From contig JANQHR010000093.1 of the NCBI GenBank assembly GCA_028282585.1, positions 1 to 26,339 of the forward strand: 26,339 nt of DNA, written 5' to 3'. The notes beneath the pieces were generated by a model, which saw nothing but the letters and a program-made list of their open reading frames with translations, had not been told where the DNA came from and made no database searches. Every line of letters begins with the position of its first letter. Position 1 is the first letter of the stretch. Shown one piece after another: positions 9,789-19,618 of this stretch. The position numbers and the translations under genes were made by a program. Source of the stretch: Bacteroidales bacterium. GTDB taxonomy: Bacteria; Bacteroidota; Bacteroidia; Bacteroidales; UBA12077.

Positions 9789-11087
9789 TTAGCGAAATTT
9801 CTCATTTTGAATGGGTTTGATATTAATTATTGTACTATATTCAATTTTTTCACCGTTGTAATACTTATTGGTACCAGAACCGGAAGTTATTTCATAACGA
9901 ATTTCTATGTTGGCATGACTATATTTGAATGTTGTAATTGATTTTAATTCTTGTATTTTAATCTTATTCTCTTTAATTTCTTTCTTGGACGTTTTTGTTT
10001 TATTATTCTTAAGGTAAGTATTTCTTTTTTCTAAAGAATCAACAGATGAAGTAATATTATACTTAATATATTTTTCAATTTTCCGTACTACTTTACTATC
10101 TACTGTACCTCTTTTAGGGGCAATAATCATCCATCTTTTCTTTTGGGGATCAGAATAACTGCTTCGTGGAATATTTTCTAATTTTGCTGTATAATCATCC
10201 CACGTAACATCAATATAAAATTTAGAATCTATTTTTGCCCTAACAGGAATTCCATAATAAGTAGATGGGGTAAACTTTAAAAATAATCCATCAATCGAAC
10301 CATCCTTATTTACGTAAATAGTCTTTGGAAGTAATAAACTATCATTAATAACATCACCAACTTTTACATCACTTGGCTTATTATCATATTTTTTAAAAAA
10401 ATCTACACATGATTGATAAAGTTTTTTATCGTATTCTTTTTTATTTAATATTTCAAAACGTTCACCATAAAGAAGATCAGAATATGTAAATACCCCCTTT
10501 TCAGCGATATATTTTTCTACTTTTTCATTTTTAGATAGCTGTAAATTTTTCTTTTTCTGTTCTATTTGCTTAAGAATATTAGAAGAAAGATTTTCATTTG
10601 CTGTTTTTCTATATTCTTCTGTAGTGTATCCATTTTTTGCTAAATATATTAACGAGTAATGTTCAAAATCTTCAGAAAAATAATAATCCCCAATTTTTCT
10701 ATGTTCTCCATGAGAATTATTAAAAGCTGATTCTAATTGATGTAAAGAAATATTTTCATATTGTGTTAATACGTATTTAAGCTTTCCATCTTCCATAATA
10801 TAATGTTTGCAAAAATTGGTTATAATTCTGAAATCAATTAAAAAAGCATTTTCATAACATAGGACAACATCTCTAATTTGTCCATTTTGATATTCAACAT
10901 CCAAACTCGCCTCTGAAGATGCTCTGTTTCCGTAACTGTCAGGTTTATTATGATTATTAGTCTGCCATTCAATAAGCATTTTTATTTGTTTAGAATCTTG
11001 ACCAATTTTAATAGTCTGTGATTTTATTTGACTAATTGTAACAAAACCCAACATTAATAAAAGTAAATATTTAATATATATTTTCAT
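9789..11087 (-). CDS. secreted hypothetical protein (432 aa)
   Basis: Long ORF; signal peptide MKIYIKYLLLLMLGFVTISQIKS-Q; no recognised family. Confidence 0.7.
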   Translation of the reverse strand: MKIYIKYLLLLMLGFVTISQIKSQTIKIGQDSKQIKMLIEWQTNNHNKPDSYGNRASSEASLDVEYQNGQIRDVVLCYENAFLIDFRIITNFCKHYIMEDGKLKYVLTQYENISLHQLESAFNNSHGEHRKIGDYYFSEDFEHYSLIYLAKNGYTTEEYRKTANENLSSNILKQIEQKKKNLQLSKNEKVEKYIAEKGVFTYSDLLYGERFEILNKKEYDKKLYQSCVDFFKKYDNKPSDVKVGDVINDSLLLPKTIYVNKDGSIDGLFLKFTPSTYYGIPVRAKIDSKFYIDVTWDDYTAKLENIPRSSYSDPQKKRWMIIAPKRGTVDSKVVRKIEKYIKYNITSSVDSLEKRNTYLKNNKTKTSKKEIKENKIKIQELKSITTFKYSHANIEIRYEITSGSGTNKYYNGEKIEYSTIINIKPIQNEKFR

Positions 11088-11129
11088 GATCCTTAATATT
11101 AGGTAAATGTAACTAAAAACTGTAATTAT

Positions 11130-11495
11130 TTATTTTTCTTTTTCTAGTGAATATCCCATTCTAAGATTTTCACCATCAATATAAAAGATCAAACTATAGT
11201 CACGCATTTTATCAATTATTTTATATATGTCGTCATCTGAATAATTATAAGTGCTGTTAAGCTTATTTTTTAATTCAGTTCTTGTAATTGTTTTATTTTT
11301 AAATAATGTGAATAAGAAATCTTTATATTTAATAATAAAAAGCGTTTTAGATTCTTCTTCTATGAGTTCTTTTGCTTTTTTCTCATTTCGAACTTTAATC
11401 CTTGTTTCTTCTTCTTTTGTAGGTTTAGTAGTATGTTGAGCTATTAAATAAACTATAATAGCTAATACGGTTAAAAATCCAATTGCTTCAAACAT
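11130..11495 (-). CDS. membrane-anchored hypothetical protein, possible C-terminal winged helix
   Basis: N-terminal TM (AIGFLTVLAIIVYLIA); C-terminus ITRTELKNKL...DIYKIIDKMRDYSLIFYIDGENLRMG looks wHTH-like. Confidence 0.6.
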   Translation of the reverse strand: MFEAIGFLTVLAIIVYLIAQHTTKPTKEEETRIKVRNEKKAKELIEEESKTLFIIKYKDFLFTLFKNKTITRTELKNKLNSTYNYSDDDIYKIIDKMRDYSLIFYIDGENLRMGYSLEKEK

Positions 11496-11885
11496 AGTAA
11501 TTGTTTTTTAAATTAGTTTCATTTAAGATTGCATCCAACCGCCCCACGTTTAGGCCATAGGAATTTACTCATTTCTTTCGTAAGAATAATTTCATCACAA
11601 CTTTACTAAGATAAAACTTAGTCAGCAAACCACCAAAATCCAGCATTGCTGTTGGACACGTGTTATAAATTGGCTACTAGTTATTACTTGATTAGTTTGG
11701 AAATCAATATCAATGAAGTACATTATCATTTTAATTTATAGATAGCAAATTGCCTACTAGTGCAAAATGAAAACTCTTTTGCAATTTATTGCAAATGTGA
11801 TTCTAAAAAAGGTACAGAACATTTTTTTAGTGTACTTGTTTAATCAAAAAAGAAAATATCGGATAACCAATCCATCTTTTTTTTC

Positions 11886-11893
11886 TACATTTG
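11886..11893 (+). promoter_or_regulatory. Bacteroidota -7 promoter box for the AAA ATPase
   Basis: TACATTTG matches TAnnTTTG and ends 8 nt before ATG 11902. Confidence 0.5.
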
Positions 11894-11901
11894 TAAATAT
11901 A

Positions 11902-12918
11902 ATGAGTCAGTCAGATTACATAAAAGATATTGCAAGATTTGGCCTTGAAAATGATCAAGAGCAACTACTTGAAGTATTAAATAAACTTATTGAGCATTCA
12001 CGTAAAACTAAAAAAGTTAATTTTGCTTTACAGTTACAGTCAATACTTAAAGAAGGTCTTCGTGTCCAACAAAATAAAGGGTTAACCAAAGTTGGCTCTC
12101 AAAAATATTATTTAAAGGCTGAAGATAATGCAATTAGTGAATTTGTAATTGAAAGATTAACTTCTGATTATTCATTTGAAAATCTTGTTTGTTCTTCTCA
12201 AATTAAAGATGAGCTGGGTTTTTTTGTAAAAGAGCATCAAACGATTGATGTACTTAACAAATTTGAATTACCTGTTTCAAATAAAATTCTATTTCATGGA
12301 CCAGCAGGGTGTGGGAAAACGTTAGCTTCTTACGTTTTAGCCGGAGAACTTGAGAAGATGATGTATGTAATTAATTTAGGTTCAATTGTCTCTTCTAAAT
12401 TAGGTGAAACCAGCAAAAATTTGACAAAACTATTCAAACGTGCTGCTATTGAAGATTGTATAATTTTTCTTGATGAATTTGATTCTTTAGGAAAAGTAAG
12501 AGATTATAGCCAAGATCACGGTGAAATGAAAAGAGTTGTTAATACAATACTTCAATTATTTGATTACTTGCCACAAGAAAGTATTGTTATTGCGGCCACA
12601 AATCAATTACAAATGATTGATGAAGCTTTATTGAGAAGATTTGACTTAAAAATTAAACTTGATTTACCTGATGATGCTCAAATAAGAGAATTAATTGAAA
12701 AGACAATTTCAAGGTCTCCATTTAACATAAAAACTAAAAAAGAATTAAATGAAATAGTAAAGTTATCTAAAGGACTCTCGTTTTATTTAATTCAAAAGTC
12801 AATTATAACTGCTATAAAACGTACTTTGTTTAATATGGATATTGAACGAAGTGAGAATTTACATATAGATTCTAATATCTTAAAAGATTTAATTTTAAAA
12901 GAAAAAGAGCAAATCTAA
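11902..12918 (+). CDS. AAA+ ATPase, IetA-like partner of the S8 peptidase
   Basis: Walker A GPAGCGKT, SSKLGET, Walker B IIFLDEFD, DHGEMKRVVNTILQ, AATN, R-finger ALLRRFD. Start placed at ATG 11902. Confidence 0.88.
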   Translation: MSQSDYIKDIARFGLENDQEQLLEVLNKLIEHSRKTKKVNFALQLQSILKEGLRVQQNKGLTKVGSQKYYLKAEDNAISEFVIERLTSDYSFENLVCSSQIKDELGFFVKEHQTIDVLNKFELPVSNKILFHGPAGCGKTLASYVLAGELEKMMYVINLGSIVSSKLGETSKNLTKLFKRAAIEDCIIFLDEFDSLGKVRDYSQDHGEMKRVVNTILQLFDYLPQESIVIAATNQLQMIDEALLRRFDLKIKLDLPDDAQIRELIEKTISRSPFNIKTKKELNEIVKLSKGLSFYLIQKSIITAIKRTLFNMDIERSENLHIDSNILKDLILKEKEQI

Positions 12919-15374
12919 ACTTCTGCTTCTAATACCAATTCTGTTATAGCATCTAATTTATTAATTAAAGCAAGTTCATTATATAATGATGGTAAAACTT
13001 CATTTTTTAATGGTATCTGTTCGATTGTAATTGCAATACTATATGGTATTGAATTATTGTAAGGCTCTTGTTCTGCACTTGTTAGTAATTTATGAAAGGC
13101 TGAATTAACAGCTATTTTCAAACAATTATTTTCATCAATTATATTTTGTTTTGCAACACCAAAAGAAGTTTTTTGAACGTTACTAACAATTTTACCTTTA
13201 TAGTAATAATCTTGCACCCAACCTTTTGCCGAAGAGTTTAACTTTATATTAGCAGAAGAATTTCCATTATAACCATCTGGCACATTAACGTTCTTAACTT
13301 TACCATTTTCATCTGTTTTTGCAACTTGCTTAAATTTGTTTAAATCTAAATTTTTCCCTATCGCATAAGTGACATGATAAGGACAATATAAAAGTTGGTT
13401 ATCATCTTTTGGAGAAAATTTAAAACATAATGTTGAAGTGACTTTTAATAAACCATTTTTTCTTTTTGCAATATTTAAATGCTTAGGTATAATTAACGAA
13501 AACATTTTAACATAATTAGGATAGATTTCATCTTCAACAATTAAAGTTACCTTATTATCATTTGAAAAAGCTAATGAATTAAAATTGGGTGTTCCATATC
13601 CAATTATACGTTTCTTCAAGTTATTTGAAAAGGAATCAAGTTGACTACCTGTATTAGGTTCAATAGAACCATTAATTATTAATGATTTAATTGTTTGCAT
13701 GTTTAATTCAGGGTAAATCTTTATAAGCTTCGCTGCCATATTTGCAGCAATTGGAGCAGAGTAACTAGTTCCAATCCCAAAATATGTTCTTTCATGTAAA
13801 TCCGCTGATAAAATTTCTAATCCTGCATTTCCGCCATGATCAAATCCGTTTTCTCCCAAATAGTTGAATTCTGTATAATCTCCTCCTTGTAATAAAACAT
13901 CTGGTTTTCTTAATAAAGTGTTCCTGTTGCTGTTATTAAATATGTCTTCATTGTCAAAATCATAATGAAGCTTTCTTGAATACAGTGCTGGAAATATTCC
14001 GCTTGGAGAAAGCATACCTGATTCATCATCTCTAAAATTATTAGCAATTGCACCGATAGTAATGTTGTTCATGCTTTCTGCAGGAGGAGCAATATTTGCA
14101 TTTTCACTTATAAATAAATTTGGATAATCTGTGTGATTTACATTATTCAAATGGTTATTAGAAGTAGAAATAAAAATTAAAATATCCAATTCCGCTGTTA
14201 ATGCATCAAGCATCATTGCATAAGATGAAAATTCTTCATTATCTTTTAAAGGAAAATTTGAATATCCAATTGTAAGAGTAAATATTTTTACACCATAATC
14301 TATATGTGCTTTTCTGATAAACTCTATTATTTTACTTTGCGAAATATCACCATTTGTTGTATCTAATATTTTTATAGGAAGTAATTTTGCATCAGTTTCA
14401 ATTTCTCCCCTATAATCAGGTATCAATTTTTCTCCAAAAGCTGCAAATGCAGCTACACCAGTGCCGTGATCAGCACTATCCACAAAAGACCCAGTGCCAG
14501 TTGCATCAAATTCTCCATTTTCTCCAACCATTATTGAACTTAAAGGAGTTTGTTCAGAAATACCTGTATCAATAACACCTATAATTGGTAAATCCGCACT
14601 TTCATTTGTAATTTCAAACCCAAATTCTCTTTGAGGAATATTATAAATATCTGGTCTTATTATCGCACCAGAACCCGAACACGAAGCATAAATAAAATCA
14701 AAATTGTTAAGTATTTCCAAGAGTCTTTGTTCCGAAATATCATATAATTCAGCTGTTTTATTTGAATATTCATTTTCAATATTATTGGATTCTAAATATT
14801 CAACAAACTTTTCCTTTTGTGGATTAATTGTAGATTCTTCTATTAAACCTTTCCCTAAAAATGATAAATGTATTTTGGAATAATCAGCTATATTCCTAAA
14901 CATATCAGATGTGGCATACAATTTAAAGTCTTTTATAAAGAGAATCTTTTTATCAAATTCATTGTTTAAATCTTGATTTACATTTTCAATAAAAATATTG
15001 ATTTGGTTAAAAAAATGGTCGAATTTTTTCTGATCACTTATTGCAAAAAGAGCTTTCCTATTAAACAAAGATAAATGCATTAACGCCAATCCAAATGTGT
15101 TATAATAGTAACTTTCAAAAATAGGCTGGTCAAAAGCTCCAAAAAACTCTATTTCAATTAAATCAAAGTGTTTTGGCACTTCAATTGTTCGATTATTGTG
15201 TCTTGACTCAATATCACTATTAAATACATCTCTACTTTCAGAAAATATTTCTGCCATAAAAGAGTAATCCTTTTCTTCTTCATCTTCTTGGTCGTTACCA
15301 CCACCACCTATTCTGGACTTATATTCAACTAATCCTATTTCTGGATTTCTAAAGTACAAATGTGTTTTAGCCAT
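12915..15374 (-). CDS. S8 subtilisin-like peptidase, IetS/Y4bN-like
   Basis: Triad motifs GVIDTG, DHGTGVA, GTSYSAP; PAESMNNITIGA; KPDV; IGYGTP; no signal peptide; C-terminal PYSIAITIE...LYNEL...LEAEV. Confidence 0.9.
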   Translation of the reverse strand: MAKTHLYFRNPEIGLVEYKSRIGGGGNDQEDEEEKDYSFMAEIFSESRDVFNSDIESRHNNRTIEVPKHFDLIEIEFFGAFDQPIFESYYYNTFGLALMHLSLFNRKALFAISDQKKFDHFFNQINIFIENVNQDLNNEFDKKILFIKDFKLYATSDMFRNIADYSKIHLSFLGKGLIEESTINPQKEKFVEYLESNNIENEYSNKTAELYDISEQRLLEILNNFDFIYASCSGSGAIIRPDIYNIPQREFGFEITNESADLPIIGVIDTGISEQTPLSSIMVGENGEFDATGTGSFVDSADHGTGVAAFAAFGEKLIPDYRGEIETDAKLLPIKILDTTNGDISQSKIIEFIRKAHIDYGVKIFTLTIGYSNFPLKDNEEFSSYAMMLDALTAELDILIFISTSNNHLNNVNHTDYPNLFISENANIAPPAESMNNITIGAIANNFRDDESGMLSPSGIFPALYSRKLHYDFDNEDIFNNSNRNTLLRKPDVLLQGGDYTEFNYLGENGFDHGGNAGLEILSADLHERTYFGIGTSYSAPIAANMAAKLIKIYPELNMQTIKSLIINGSIEPNTGSQLDSFSNNLKKRIIGYGTPNFNSLAFSNDNKVTLIVEDEIYPNYVKMFSLIIPKHLNIAKRKNGLLKVTSTLCFKFSPKDDNQLLYCPYHVTYAIGKNLDLNKFKQVAKTDENGKVKNVNVPDGYNGNSSANIKLNSSAKGWVQDYYYKGKIVSNVQKTSFGVAKQNIIDENNCLKIAVNSAFHKLLTSAEQEPYNNSIPYSIAITIEQIPLKNEVLPSLYNELALINKLDAITELVLEAEV

Positions 15375-15850
15375 ATGTAATTATTAGTTTATTTACTATA
15401 AAAGTATAAACATTTTTATTGAAAATGATATGAATAAAGTAAAATTTAAACTCTTTAAGCGGCGAAGCGGCTAAATGTATTTAAATTGAATTCTCAATTT
15501 GTGTGAAGCACAATAGCAATTCGAGAAAAACTAAAACTATTTTCTATCATGCTTGCCGAATTAATATTAATAAATTGTCCAAGTTGTCTAATCGTAAGCT
15601 TAAATCAAAAATAGAAGATCCTATTATACTATATTCAAAGCTTTTATGAATTTTCTCTTTATAGCAGAGTATAAGGCAAATTCTTTACAACTACTCCTTT
15701 TTGTTTTGATATATTTACTAAATGATTTTAGCCATTTAATAGTTATGTAAAGAAATAAGTTTACTTCTTATAATTCTAATCTAGAAATGATACGTTTAAA
15801 GTGATTCTAGTGTCTTATTTCTCTCTCTTTTCCTTAAAGTAGATATTTAT

Positions 15851-15858
15851 TAAATTTG
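15851..15858 (+). promoter_or_regulatory. Bacteroidota -7 promoter box
   Basis: TAAATTTG ends 26 nt before ATG 15885. Confidence 0.5.
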
Positions 15859-15884
15859 CGCATTATTAACAATACTAAAAATAT

Positions 15885-16301
15885 ATGAAATCTATTGAAA
15901 ATGTTGAAATTAAAAGGGAGGATTCGCTTACAATAAAACATATAGATGGTGATTATTGTGTGTCAAATTTTATAGATAAAAGTAATGGTGCATTAACATT
16001 CGATAATCTTACTTTAAAATTTCCGAGAGATAAATATTCAAGTTATTCTCTTTTTGAACATAGTAATTATTTAAGTTTATCAGCTATTCCAAAAGCTCTG
16101 TTAATAGAATTTCAAATCGTTTTATTACATGCGTTTGTATATTCTCATGATAAACTTGAAAAAGCAATAGAAAAAGCGCAATCAAAAGATTATTTAGATG
16201 AACTAAAAAATAAAATAATTATCATCCGTAAAATTTTAATGAGCTTAACTAACTATATTGATTCTTACGAAGAAATGTTACAAGAATATAAAGAAATATA
16301 A
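15885..16301 (+). CDS. hypothetical protein (138 aa)
   Basis: ORF with a promoter box and A-rich leader; no recognised motif. Confidence 0.6.
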   Translation: MKSIENVEIKREDSLTIKHIDGDYCVSNFIDKSNGALTFDNLTLKFPRDKYSSYSLFEHSNYLSLSAIPKALLIEFQIVLLHAFVYSHDKLEKAIEKAQSKDYLDELKNKIIIIRKILMSLTNYIDSYEEMLQEYKEI

Positions 16302-16406
16302 ATATATTGTTTAATATCTCTTCGCGTATCTTTTTTCAAGCACTTGTATAATGTCGAGCAAAATGTATTTAGGTTTTGGCAATTTGTTGTTAATAAAAAA
16401 TTAAGA

Positions 16407-17105
16407 CTATCTTATATTTTGTTTTCGGAGAAAATCTTTTTGTGTGGAAACACTTTTCATGAATTTCTTAATTTTTTTATTTGAATACCAATTGCAGGGA
16501 GTTGTTATTTCGCCCCCAGCATATTGAATAATAAAATATTTTCTTTTTTTCAAAGAATGATAAATAAAAAATATAAATGAAAAAACTAAAAATAAACCTG
16601 AAATAGCCCCAATTTCATCACTTCTTAATTCATTAGATGCAAATAATCCGATCACACTTAGTAAAAAGATAATTCCTGCTAATGTTAATTTCCCAGCGGA
16701 ACTACCAACTTGATATTTCATTCCGGTAACCTCTAGAACATCGACTGATTCTTGCCCATGGTAATAGGTTATACCCCTGTTACTTCTTTCGATCAGTTTC
16801 CCTTTTTTATAAATGCGTTTATCAGAACAAATTAGTACAGATTTTTTAAATTTTTCCTGAACAAAAGCAGACGCAAGAAATCCACTCCCTAATACGTCAA
16901 CTAATTTTTCTTCCCTACTATGGAATAATTTAAATTTCTTTATAGCTGAAATTTGTTCTTTATTATCATTCTCATCAGTAAAATGATTCTCGGACTCAGT
17001 ATCATTAATCTCTGATTGTTGTACATTAATTGTTTGACTGGTGCCACATTCTTTACAAAAATTAACATCTTCTTTTAACGGTTTACCACATTCTTTACAA
17101 AACAT
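16407..17105 (-). CDS. zinc-ribbon domain membrane protein
   Basis: MFCKECG...NFCKECG zinc ribbon, PH-like segment VLICSDKRIY, two TM helices. Start placed at ATG 17105. Confidence 0.8.
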   Translation of the reverse strand: MFCKECGKPLKEDVNFCKECGTSQTINVQQSEINDTESENHFTDENDNKEQISAIKKFKLFHSREEKLVDVLGSGFLASAFVQEKFKKSVLICSDKRIYKKGKLIERSNRGITYYHGQESVDVLEVTGMKYQVGSSAGKLTLAGIIFLLSVIGLFASNELRSDEIGAISGLFLVFSFIFFIYHSLKKRKYFIIQYAGGEITTPCNWYSNKKIKKFMKSVSTQKDFLRKQNIR

Positions 17106-17109
17106 TGTT

Positions 17110-19089
17110 TTAATCTTTATAGTGTTTAAATTTTTTATATAATGATTGATATGTATTTTCAAATAAAGAATATTTTATTTCATCTCCAAATTTTAAAATA
17201 AGATTACCATCGAAATCAACTAAACAATAATAAAACTGCATATTAGCTGTATCTCTATATTTTACAATAATAGTGTTTTGAAGTTCACCCGATTCAATAA
17301 CATATTCCATAAATCCTCCTGATATGGATTTAATATTATTAGTATGGGTATCATATCTATCTATCCCTGCACCAAAAGCAGCACTCGCATCGGTTCGCCA
17401 ATTATTATTTACAAATATATATTTCTTACATTTAGAAAAATATACATAAAGATAGCTCCCCCTATAAACTCCAATATCATATTCTCTAATAGTCATAAAA
17501 TCTTTCCTTATACTTAATTTTATTTTTGATAAATAAGTATCTTCATAACTATAATAATATTTTCCTTGTTTATATATATTATATGTTATACCATCGTATA
17601 CTGTATTATTGTAATATTTAGGTATTGATTTCCATTGTTTTATTTTTCCATCAAAATATTGAATTTGTTTCTTTATCCTTTTAGCTTCTTTACTATTTGG
17701 ATAATTATTGATAAATCTTCTATAAACATTAATATTAGGATTTTTTAAAAGATAATTCCAATCACTATTTTTTTTATTTTCTTTTTTTATACGATTAACA
17801 GTATTTTCAGCATCCTTTCGATAATGCCCATCGGGAAAATCTTTCAAAAATTTCTCAAAATTTTCAAGATTATTTGAGTTTTCAATTTTTTCCCATCGAA
17901 CATATTCAAGATCATTCTTGGCTCGTGAGACATTTTTACTGTTTGGATATTTTTTTATAAAATCTTTTAATGATTTACCATCATATTCAAACATATGGTT
18001 ACGAGCATATTCCCAAGAAACTCTTTCTTCTCCTAATATTATTTTTCTTACAATACCTAATTCACGAGAATAACTATATGTTATTAAGGCAATTAAAGCA
18101 ATTAGAATATATATAATATTTGCTATTTTCTTTCTTTTATTTTTCTCCTTAAATTTCTTAAATATTGATTCAGATTCAGAAACTAATTCGCCAATATAAT
18201 TTATACAATCCCATTCTTTTTTTTCTTTGACAGCAATTAATTGATCTGGTAAGATTTTATATTTTTTGTATTTACAGGGTACAATCAATTTTCCTGATGC
18301 GTTTATAAATCCATATTTATCACCACGTTTTAATTTTGCTATATCATCTTTAAAATCAGCAATTACATTATACTCACACGGGAGTATAATTGCCCCAGCT
18401 TTATCTAATAAACCGTATTTTCCATCTTTACTAAATTTTATAAAACTATCCCCAAAATCAGAAAATTTATCATATTCACATTTAAGAATTTCTTTACCAA
18501 GATTATTAATTAAACCACCTCTTGTAATATCTTGATATATATTATGCGTATTTTCCCTGACGGTGACTACACAAAAATTTCCTGAAAAATCACTTATACT
18601 AAAATATTTATTTTGTGTGATTTCTTCTCCTTTTTCATTTATTAATAAGTAATAATCGTCATATTTTACTTTTGCAACATGGTTATTAAAGTCATGGATT
18701 TCAGTATATTTAAACGGGGTTATTTCTTTACATTGTGCATCTATAAATGTCCATTTATCATCTCTTTTCACTCTTGCAAAACCATTAATAAATTTGAGGG
18801 CAAAATCATATTTAAAAGGGGTTAATTCATTCCCGTTATTATCTACAAAAGCAAATTTATTGTTAAATTTTACAACTGCCTTATTTTCAAAAAATTCACC
18901 AGCAAATGAATATTTAGCGGGGACAATTACATCTCTGGTATTAACATCTTTATAGCCAAATAAACTACCTGTTCTAAATGGCTCTAAATTACCATTAAAG
19001 TAAGAAACTTGATCTATTTGCTGACTACCGCAATGTATACAGAATTTGGAGTCATTATCAATTTGCTTTCCACACTTATTACAAATCAT
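17110..19089 (-). CDS. zinc-ribbon + WG-repeat + TM + helical-repeat protein
   Basis: MICNKCG...KFCIHCG; about 7 WG-type repeats (FENKAVVKFNNKFAFVDNNG, FINGFARVKRDDKWTFID, KYGFINASG); TM IANIIYILIALIALITY; three F-x-x-x-(Y/F)P repeats. Confidence 0.85.
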   Translation of the reverse strand: MICNKCGKQIDNDSKFCIHCGSQQIDQVSYFNGNLEPFRTGSLFGYKDVNTRDVIVPAKYSFAGEFFENKAVVKFNNKFAFVDNNGNELTPFKYDFALKFINGFARVKRDDKWTFIDAQCKEITPFKYTEIHDFNNHVAKVKYDDYYLLINEKGEEITQNKYFSISDFSGNFCVVTVRENTHNIYQDITRGGLINNLGKEILKCEYDKFSDFGDSFIKFSKDGKYGLLDKAGAIILPCEYNVIADFKDDIAKLKRGDKYGFINASGKLIVPCKYKKYKILPDQLIAVKEKKEWDCINYIGELVSESESIFKKFKEKNKRKKIANIIYILIALIALITYSYSRELGIVRKIILGEERVSWEYARNHMFEYDGKSLKDFIKKYPNSKNVSRAKNDLEYVRWEKIENSNNLENFEKFLKDFPDGHYRKDAENTVNRIKKENKKNSDWNYLLKNPNINVYRRFINNYPNSKEAKRIKKQIQYFDGKIKQWKSIPKYYNNTVYDGITYNIYKQGKYYYSYEDTYLSKIKLSIRKDFMTIREYDIGVYRGSYLYVYFSKCKKYIFVNNNWRTDASAAFGAGIDRYDTHTNNIKSISGGFMEYVIESGELQNTIIVKYRDTANMQFYYCLVDFDGNLILKFGDEIKYSLFENTYQSLYKKFKHYKD

Positions 19090-19588
19090 ATTAGTTATTT
19101 TTACATGAAATTAATAAAAAAACTACAAACACAATAAGCTTATTAACAATAATTTAAATTTTATTGAGACTGTGGCATAAAATTGTTTTTACTCTATATT
19201 TATCAAGACAATCTCATAAATACATTGGCAAGCGGCGCGATTACATTATGTTTTTCTTATCTAGCTAATCCTATTATGCAGTAAGAGTTTTGAAGTTAAG
19301 TAAATTTCTTTAGTTTAAGGTCATTCTTCTGAATCTTCAGTTTCTATAGATTGTCGAACGTCATCTATTTATGATATACTAGGACACTTTTTTACAATGC
19401 TTCTTTAATTTGCCAAACTAAGCCTGGTAAAAGAATTTGATTTAAAAGATTTGAAGTGATATATTGAGAAGCCCAATACGAATGAAAATGAAAAAAAAGT
19501 TCTTTTATGTATTGAAAAATTAAAAAAAGTCAACTTTTTAATGAGTGCATGGGAATCTCTAGAAACCATATCAAATTCTGGATAAGCC

Positions 19589-19618
19589 TGGTACGATTTT
19601 GGTTTCCGAAACTATGAC
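19589..19618 (+). pseudogene. tiny remnant resembling the Rhs repeat-associated core motif
   Basis: TGG TAC GAT TTT GGT TTC CGA AAC TAT GAC = WYDFGFRNYD, compared with the Rhs-core consensus WYDYGARxYDP. Confidence 0.4.

Noticed and set aside
11767-11901. 45-aa N-terminal extension of the AAA ATPase
   Set aside because: Low-complexity AT-rich translation that contains a promoter box; ATG 11902 fits better.
17106-17162. Extended start of the 251-aa ORF
   Set aside because: It overlaps the upstream gene; the zinc ribbon begins at ATG 17105.
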